Under the pieces are notes generated by a model. It worked only from the letters and a program-made list of their open reading frames with translations. It was not told the DNA's origin and did not search any database. DNA of 64,000 bases from NCBI RefSeq assembly GCF_009914755.1, contig NC_060947.1. The stretch is one strand, 5' to 3'. Of this stretch, positions 55,592 to 64,000 are shown piece after piece. Source of the stretch: the human T2T-CHM13v2.0 reference genome, Homo sapiens. Positions within the stretch are counted from its first letter, which is position 1. Every line of letters starts with the position of its first letter. A program made the translations under genes and the position numbers.

Positions 55592-56602
55592 TTACAATTC
55601 GGCTTGTTTTTGCAGTGGCTGGTACCGGTTGTTCCTTTCCATGTTTAGTGCTTCCTTCAGGAGCTCTTTTAGGGCAGGCCTGGTGGTGACAAAATCTCTA
55701 AGCATTTGCTTGTCTGTAAAGGATTTTATTTCTCCTTCACTTATGAAGCTTAGTTTGGCTGGATATGAAATTCTGGGTTGAAAATTCTTTTCTTTAAGAA
55801 TGTTGAATATTGACCTCCACTCTCTTTTGGCTTGTAGAGTTTCTGCCGAGAGATCCACTGTTAGTCTGATGGGCTTCCCTTTGTGGGTAACCCGACCTTT
55901 CTCTCTGGCTGCCCTAAGACTTTTTCCTTCATTTCAACTTTGGTGAGTCTGACAATTATGTGTCTTGGAGTTGCTCTTCTTGAGGAGTATCTTTGTGGCA
56001 TTCTCTGTATTTCCTGAATTTGAATGTTGGCCTGCCTTCCTAGGTTGGGGAAGTTCTCCTGGATAATATCCTGCAGAGTGTTTTCCAACTTGGTTCCATT
56101 CTCCCCGTCACTTTCAGGTACACCAATCAGACGTAGATTTGGTCTTTTCACATAGTCCTATATTTCTTGGAGGCTTTCTTCATTTCTTTTTATTCTTTTT
56201 TCTCTAAATTTCTCATTTCATTTCATTCATTTGATCTTCAATCCCTGATACCCTTTCTTCCAGTTGATGAAATCGGTTACTGAAGCTTGTGCATTCGTCA
56301 CGTAGTTCTCGTGCCATGGTTTTCAGCTCCATCAGGTCCTTTAAGGACTTCTCTACACTGGTTATTCTAGTTAGCCATTCATCTAATCTTTTTTCAAGGT
56401 TTTTAACTTTTTCGTGATGGGTTCGAACTTCCTCCTGTATCTCAGAGAAGTTTGATTTTCTGAAGCCTTCTTCTCTCTATTCGTCAAGGTCATTCTCCCT
56501 CCAGCTTTGTTCCACTGCTGGTGAGGAGGTGCATTCCTTTCGAGGAGGAGAGGTGCTCTGATTTTTAGAATTTTCAGTTTTTCTGCTCTGTTATTTCCCC
56601 AT
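55592..56602 (-). pseudogene. Disrupted L1 ORF1
   Basis: Fragments KRPNLRLIGVPE… and …KEKNFQPRISYPAKLSF lie in different frames. Confidence 0.95.
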
Positions 56603-57620
56603 CTTTGTGGTTTTATCTACCTTTGGTCTTTGATGATGGTGACGTACAGATGGGGTTTTGGTGTGCATGTCCTTTCTGTTTGTTAGTTTTCCTTCTAACA
56701 GTCAGGACACTCAGCTGCAGGTCTGTTGGAGTTTGCCGGAGGTCCACTCCAGACCCTGTTTGCCTGGATATCAGCAGCAGAGGCTGCAGAACAGCGAATA
56801 TTGCTGAACAGCAAATGTTGCTGCCTGATCATTCCTCTGGAAGTTTCATCTCAGAGGGGTACCTGGCCGTGTGAGGTGTCAGTCTGCCCCTACTGGGGGG
56901 GTGCCTCCCAGTTAGGCTACTCCGGGCTCAGGGACCTACTTGAGGAGTCAGTCTGTCCATTTTCAGATTTCAAACTCTGTGCTGGGAGAACCACCACTCT
57001 CTTCATAGCTGTCAGACAGGGACATTTTAAGTCTTCAGACGTTTCTGCTGCCTTTTGTTCGGCTATGCCCTGCCCCCAGAGGTGGAGTCTACAGAGGCAG
57101 GCAGGCCTCCTTGAGCTGCGGTGGGCTCCACCCAGTTCGAGCTTCCCAGCCACTTTGTTTACCTACTCAAGCCTCAGCAATGGTGGGTGCCCCTCCCCCA
57201 GCCTCACTGCCGCCTTGCAGTTCGATCTCAGACTGCTGTGCTAGGAATGAGTGAGGCTCTGTGGGCATGGGACCCTCTGAGCCAGGTGTAGGATATAATC
57301 TCCTGGTGTTCCGTTTCCTAAGACCATTGGAAAAGCACAGTATTAGGGTGGGAGTGACCCGATTTTCCAGGTGCTGTCTGTCACAGCTTTGCTTGGCTAG
57401 GAAAGGGAATTCCCTGACCCCTTGCACTTCGTGGGTGAGGCAATGCCTCGCCCTGCTTCGGCTCATGCTCGGGGCACTGCACCCACTTTCCTGCACCCAG
57501 TGTCCGACAAGCCACAGTGAGATGAACCTGGTACATTAGTTGGAAATGCAGAAATCACCCATCTTCTGCATCGCTCATGCTGGGAGCTGTAGACTGGAGC
57601 TGTTCCTATTCGGCCATCTT
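56603..57620 (-). promoter_or_regulatory. L1 5'UTR (internal sense promoter, YY1 site, antisense promoter region, disrupted ORF0)
   Basis: YY1 motif aagatggcc at the 5' end; ORF0-like ATG at 57180 (+) reads MVGAPPPASLPPCSSISDCCARNE*; many CpGs decayed. Confidence 0.75.
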
Positions 57621-57665
57621 CTTTTTTTGTTTGTTTGTTTTTTTGTTTTTTTTTTTTTTTATTTT

Positions 57666-57969
57666 GAATTGGTTCATGGTTCCACAGGCTATACAGGAAG
57701 CATCCCTGGGCATGCCTCAGGAAATTTTCAGTCATGGTAGAAAGGGAAGCAAGCACATCTTACATGGCTGGAGCAGGAGGAAGAGAGTGAAGTGGGAGGT
57801 GCTACACACTTTTAAACAATCAGATCTCGTGAGAACTCACTATCATGAGAACAGCTAGTGGGAAATGTGCTTCCATGATCCAATTACCTCCCAGCAGGCC
57901 CCTCCCGCAACATTGGGGATTACAATTTGACATGATATTTGGGTGGAAACACAAATCCAAACCACATCG
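57666..57969 (-). mobile_element. MSTA-like MaLR LTR, missing its 3'-terminal ~70 bp
   Basis: Reverse complement starts gatgtggtttggatttgtgtttccacccaaat… and ends at gaaccatgaaccaatt. Confidence 0.85.
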
Positions 57970-58152
57970 CCAACTCAAATTAACTTCTGTCTATGGTATA
58001 AGGTAGGAGACAACATTGTTATTTTCCATACTGATGTCTAGTTGTTCAACACCATTTGTTAAAAAGACTTTCTTTTCCCATTGGATTGCTTTGGCACCTT
58101 TGTCTGTATGTTAATTAACCATACAAGGATGGATCTATTTTGGTTTCTGTTC
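57970..58152 (-). mobile_element. Old L1M ORF2 fragment
   Basis: 'ctagttgttcaacaccatttgttaaaaagac…ttggcacctttgtc'. Confidence 0.7.
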
Positions 58153-61100
58153 TTCTTTTTTTTAATACTGTAAGTTCTGGGGTGCATGTGCAGAATGTGC
58201 AGGTTTGTTACATAGGTATACATGTGCCATGGTGGTTTGCTGCACCTATCAACTTGTCATCTACATTAGGTATTTCTCTTAATGCTATCCCACCTCTAGT
58301 GCCCCACCTCCCCAACAGGCCCCAGTGTGTGATGTTCCACTCCCTGTGTCCATGTGTTCTCATTGTTCAACTCCCATTTATGAGTGAGAACATGCAGTGT
58401 TTGGTTTTCTGTTCTTGTTAGTTTGCTAAGAATGATGGTTTCTAGCCTCATCCATGTCCCTGCAAAGGACATGAATTCATCCTTTTTTATGGCTGCATAG
58501 TATTCCATGGTAGATATGTGCAACAATTTTTTTATCCAATCTATCATTGATGGGCATTTGGGTTGGCTCCAAGTCTTTGCTATTGTGAATAGTGCCACAA
58601 TGAACATATGTGTGCATGTGTCTTTATAGTAGAATGACTTACAATCCTTTGGGTATATACTCAGTAATGGGATTGCTTGGTCAAATGGTATTTCTAATTC
58701 TAGATCCTTGAGGAATCACCACACTATCTTCCATAATGGTTGAACTAATTTACACTCCCACCAACAGTGTAAAAGTGTTCCTATTTCTCCACAGCCTCTC
58801 CAGCATCTGTTGTTTCCCGACTTTTTAATGATCGCCATTCTAACTGGCGTGAGAAGGTATCTCATTGTGGTTTTGATTTGCATTTCCCTAATGACAAGTG
58901 ATGATGAGCTTTTTTTCATGTTTGTTGGCTGTGTAAATGTCTTCTTTTGAGAAGTGCCTGTTCATATCCTTTGCCCACTTTTTGATGGGCTTGTTCCTTT
59001 TTTTCTTGTAAATTTGTTTAAGTTCTTTGTGGATCCTGGATATTAGCCCTTTGTCAGATGGATAGATTGCAAAAATTTTCTCCCATTCTGTGGGTTGCCT
59101 GTTCACTCTGATGATAGTTTCTTTTGCTGTGCAGAAGCTCTTTAGTTTAATTAGATCCTATTTGTCAATTTTGGCTTTTGTTGCTTTAGTCCTGAAGTCT
59201 TTGCCCATGCCTATGTCCTGAATGGTATTGCCTAGGTTTTCTTCTAGGGATTTTAGGGTTTTAGGTCTTCCGTTTCAGTCTTTAATCCATATTGAGTTAA
59301 TTTTTGTATAAGGTGTAAGGAAAGGGTCCAGTTTCAGTTTTCTGCATATGGCTAGCCAGCTTTCCCAACACCATTTATGAAATATGGAATCCTTTCCCCA
59401 TTGCTTGTTTTTGTCAAGTTTGTCAAAGATCAGATGGTTGTAGATGTGTGGTTATTTCTGAGGCCTCTTTTCTGTTCCATTGGTCTATATCTCTGTTTTG
59501 GTACCAGTACCATGCTGTTTTGGTTACTGTAGACTTGCAGTATAGTTTAAAGTCAGGAAGTGTGATGTCTCCAGCTTTATTCTTTTTTTTTAGGATTGTC
59601 TTGGCTATATGGGCTCTTTTCTGCTGCCATATGAAATTTAAAGTAATTTTTTCTAATTCTGTGAAGAAAGTACATGGTAGCTTGATGGGGATAACATTGA
59701 ATCTATAAATTACTTTGGTCAGTATGGCCATTTTCACAATATTGATTCTTCTTATCCAGGAGCATGGAATGTTTTTCCATTTATTTGTGTCCTCTCTTAT
59801 TTCCTTGAGCAGTGGTTTGTAGTTCTCTTTGAAGATGTCCTTCACCTCCCTGGTAAGTTGTATTCCTAGGTATGTTATTCTTTTTGTAGCAACTGTGAAT
59901 GGGAGTTCACTCATGATTTGGCTCTCTGCTTGTCTGTTATTGGTTTGTAGGAATGATTGTGATTTTTGCACATTGATTATGTATCCTGAGACTTCGCTGA
60001 AGTTGCTTATCAGCTTAAGGAGATTTTGGGCTGATACAATGGGGTTTTCTAAATATACAGTCATGTCATCTGCAGAGAGAATGTGACGTCCTTTCTTCCT
60101 ATTTGAATATCATTTATTTCTTTCTCTTGCCTTATTTCCCTGGCCAGAACTTCCAGTACTATGTTGAATTGGAGTTGTGAGAGAGGGCATCCTTTTCTTG
60201 TGCTGGTTTTCAAAGGGTATGCTTCCAGTTTTTGCTCATTCAGTAAGATATTGGCTGTTGGTTTGTCATAAATAGCTCTTATTATTTTGAGATAGGGTCC
60301 ACCAATACCTAATTTATTGAGAGTTTTTAGCATGAAGCGGTGTTGAATTTTGTTGAAGGCCTTTTCTGCATCTATTGAGGTAATCATGTGGTCTTTGTCA
60401 TTGCTTCTGTTTATGTGATGCATTATGCTTATTGATTTGCCTATGTTGAACCAGACTTGCATCCCAGGGATAAAGCTGACTTGATCATGGTAGATAAGCT
60501 TTTTGATGTGCTGCTGTATTCGGTTTGCCAGTATTTTATTGAGGATTTTCGCATTGATGTTCATCAGGGATATTGGCCTGAAATTTTCTTTTTTTGTTGT
60601 GTCTCTGCCAGGTTTTGGTATCAGGAAGATGCTGGCCTCATAAAATGAGTTAGGGAGGAGTCTCTCTTTTTCTATTGTTTGGAATAGTTTCAGAAGGAAT
60701 GGCACCAGCTTCTCTTTGTACCTCTGGTAGAATTCGGCTGTGAATCCGTCTGTTCCTGGACTTTTTATGGTTGGTAGGCTATTACTGCCTGAATTTCAAA
60801 ACTTGTTATTGGTCTATTCAGGGATTCGACTTCTTCCTGGTTTAGACTTGGGAGGGTGCATGTGTCCAGGAATTTATCCATTTCTACTGGATTTTCTAGT
60901 TTATTTGCATAGAGGTGTTTATAGTATTATCTGATAGTAACTTGTATTCCTGTGGGATCAGCGGTGATATCATTTTATCACTTTTTATTGCATCTATTTG
61001 ATTCTTCTCTCTTATCTTGTTTATTAGTTTGGCTAGCAGTCTATTTATTTTGTTGATCTTTTCAAAACAACAGCTCCTGGATTCACTGATTTTTTTGAAG

Positions 61101-64000
61101 TTTTTTCCTGTCTCTATCTCCTTCAGTTCTGCTCTGATTTTAGTTATTTCTTGTCTTCTGGTAGCTGTTGAATTTGTTTGCTCTTGCTTCTCTAGTTTTT
61201 TAAATTGTAATTTTAGGGTGTCAATTTTAGATCTTTCCTGCTTTCTCTTGTTGGCATTTAGTGCTATAAATTTCCCTCTTAACACTGCTTTAGCTGTGTC
61301 CCAGAGATTCTGGTACGTTGTGTCTTTGTTCTCATTGGTTTCTAAGAATATCTTTATTTTTCTGCCTTAATTTCATTACTCACCCAGTAGTCATTCAGGA
61401 GCAGTTTGTTCAGTTTCCATGTAGTTTTGTGGTTTTGAGTGAGTTTCTTAATCCTGAGTTCTAATTTGATTGCACTGTGGTCTGAGAGACTGTTATGATT
61501 TGCATTCTTTTGTATTTGCTGAGGAGTGTTTTACTTCCAGTTATGTGGTCAATTTTAGAATAAGTGCCATGTGGTGCTGAGAAAAATGTATATTCTGTTG
61601 ATTTTTGGTTGAGGGTTCTGTAGATGTCTATCAGTTCTGCTTGGTCCAGAGCTGAGTTCAAGTCCTGAATATTCTTGTTAATTTTCTGTCTCGTTGATCT
61701 GTCTAATATTGACAGTGGGGTGTGAAAGTCTCTCACTATTGTGTGGGAATCTAAGTCTCTTTGTAGGTCTCTAGGAATTTGCTTTATGAATCTGGGTGCT
61801 CCTGTATTGAGTGCATATATATTTAGGAGTTACCTCTTCCTGCTGCATTGATCCCTTTACCATTATGTAATGCCCTTTTTTGTCTTTTTTGATCTTTGTT
61901 GGCTTAAAGTCTTTTTTATCAGGGACTGGGATTGCAACCCCTGCCTTTTTTTTTTTTTTTTGCTTTCCATTTGCTTGGTAAATATTCCTCCATCCCTTTA
62001 TTTTGAGCCTATGTGCATCTTTGCATGAGATGGGTCTCCTGAATACAGCACACCGATGGGTCTTGACTGTTTATCCAATTTGCCAGTCTGTGTCTTTTAA
62101 TTGGGGTATTTAGCCTGTTTATATTTAAGGTTATTATTGTGTGTGAATTTGATCCTCTCATTATGATGCTAGCTGGTTATTTTGCACATTAGTTGACGCA
62201 GTTTCTTCATAGTGTCGATGGCCTTTAGAATTTGGTATGTTTTTGCAGTGGCTGGTACCCGTTGTTCCTTTTTATGTGTAGTGCTTTTTTCAGGAGTTCT
62301 TGTAAGGCAGTCCTGGTGGTGACAAAATCTCAGAATTTGCTTCTCTAAATGATTTTATTTCTTCACTTATGAAGCTTAGTTTGGCTGGATATGAAATTCT
62401 GAGTTGAAAATTCTTTTTTTACAGAATGTTGAATATTGGCCCCCACTCTCTTCTAGCTTGTAGAGTTTCTGCAGAGAGATTTGCTGTTAGTCTGATGGGC
62501 TTCCCTTTGTGGGTAAGTCAAACTTTCTCTCTGGCTGCCCTTAACATTTTTTCCTTCATTTCAACCTTGCTGAATCTGACAATTATGTGTCTTGGAGTTG
62601 CCCTTCTCAAAGAGTATCTTTGCGGTGTCCTGTGTATTTCCCCAATTTGAATGTTGGTCTGTCTTGCTAGGTTGGGGGAATTCTCCTGGATAATATCCTG
62701 AAGAGTGTTTTCCAAATTGGTTCCATTCTCCACGTCACTTTTAGGGACCCCAATCAATCATAGATTTGGGCTTTTCACATAGTCCCATATTTCTTGGAGG
62801 CTTTGTTCGTGCCTTTTCATTCTTTTTTTCTCTAATCTTGTCTTCTCACTTTATTTCATTAAGTTGACCTTCAATCTCTGATATCCTTTCTACTGCTTGA
62901 AACAGAATCTGTCTGCAGAAACTCTACAATCAATTCATCTATTGACACCTGTGTATGCTTCATGAAGTTTTCGTGCTGTGTTTTTTTAGCTCCATCAGGT
63001 CATTTATGTTCTTCTCTAAACTGGTTATTCTAGTTAGCAATTCCTCTAACCTTTTCTCAAAGTTCTTAGTTTAATTGCATTGTGTTAGAACATGCTCCTT
63101 TAGCTTAGAGGAGTTTATTACCCACGTTCTGAAGCCTACTTCTGTCAGTTTGTTAAACTCATTCTCCATCCAGTTTTGTTCCCTTGCTGGCGAGGAGTTG
63201 TGATCCTTTGGAGGAGAAGAGGTGTTCTGGTTTTTGGAATTTTCAGCCTTTTGCACTGGTTTTTCCTCATCATCATGGATTTATCTACCTTTGGTCTTTG
63301 ATGTTGGTGACCTTCGGATGGGGTTTTTGTATGGAAGTCCTTTTTGTTGATGTTGATGCTATTCCTTTCTGTTTGTTAGTTTTCCTTCTAACAGTCATGC
63401 CACTCAGCTGCAGGTCTGCTGCAGTTTGCTGGAGGTCCACTCCAGACCCTATTTGCCTGGGTATCACCAGTGGAAGCTGCAGAACCACAAAGATTGCTGC
63501 CTGTTTCTTCCTTTGGAAGCTTCATCCCAGAGGGGCACCTGCCAGATGCCAGCTGGAGCTCTCTTGTATGAGGTGTCTGTTAACCCCTGCTGGGAGGTGT
63601 CTCCTAGTCAGGAGGCACAGGGGTCAGGGACCCACTTGAGGAGGCCATCTTTCCCTTAGCAGAGCTCGAGCACTGTGCTGGGAGATTTTCTGCTATTTTC
63701 AGAGCTGGTAGGTGGGAACGTTTAAGTCTGCTGAAGCTGCACCCACAGATGCCCCTTTCCCCTGGTGCTCTGTCCCAGGGAGTTGGGAGTTTTTTCTATA
63801 AACCCCTGACTGGGGCTGCTGCCTTTCTTTCAGAGATGCCCTGCTCAGAGAGGAGGAATCTAGAGAGGCAGTCTGGCTACAGTTTTTGCCGAGCTGTGGT
63901 GGGCTCTGCCCAGTTCGAACTTCCTGGCAGCTTTGTTTACACTGACAGCGGAAAACTGCCTAACCAAGCCTCAGTATCAGCAGACGCCTCTACCCCCACG
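58153..64000 (-). mobile_element. Near full-length decayed L1PA7-like LINE-1 (5'UTR runs past the window end)
   Basis: 3'UTR, ORF2 fragments (RT, EN), ORF1 fragments and 5'UTR are colinear, with many stops. Confidence 0.95.

Overview
Primate (very likely human) non-coding DNA made up almost entirely of interspersed repeats. I find no intact cellular protein-coding exon, and essentially all ORFs in the track derive from Alu, L1, LTR or Tigger elements. 1-12.5 kb is Alu-dense over old L1/L2/MIR fragments. 12.6-50.7 kb is a stack of nested, co-oriented (+) old L1 elements carrying younger insertions: Alus, a MER75 piggyBac MITE, two MER11 (HERV-K11/HML-8) solo LTRs and short L1PA 3' ends. 51.5-64 kb holds a decayed full-length L1PA4/5-like element, a truncated MSTA LTR and an L1PA7-like element, all on the - strand. 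The most unusual structures are: (i) a U2 snRNA 5'-end/L1PA chimera inside a single target-site duplication (48250-48887); (ii) about 120 bp away, a tail-less, TSD-less internal RPSA cDNA fragment replacing roughly 0.5 kb of the host L1, with microhomology junctions (49006-49384); (iii) a full-length L1 with discordant flanks; and (iv) several small templated-insertion scars. These are unusual retrotransposition/repair products, and I cannot support a new functional system from sequence alone. Subfamily calls come from recalled consensus diagnostics and need RepeatMasker/Dfam confirmation.
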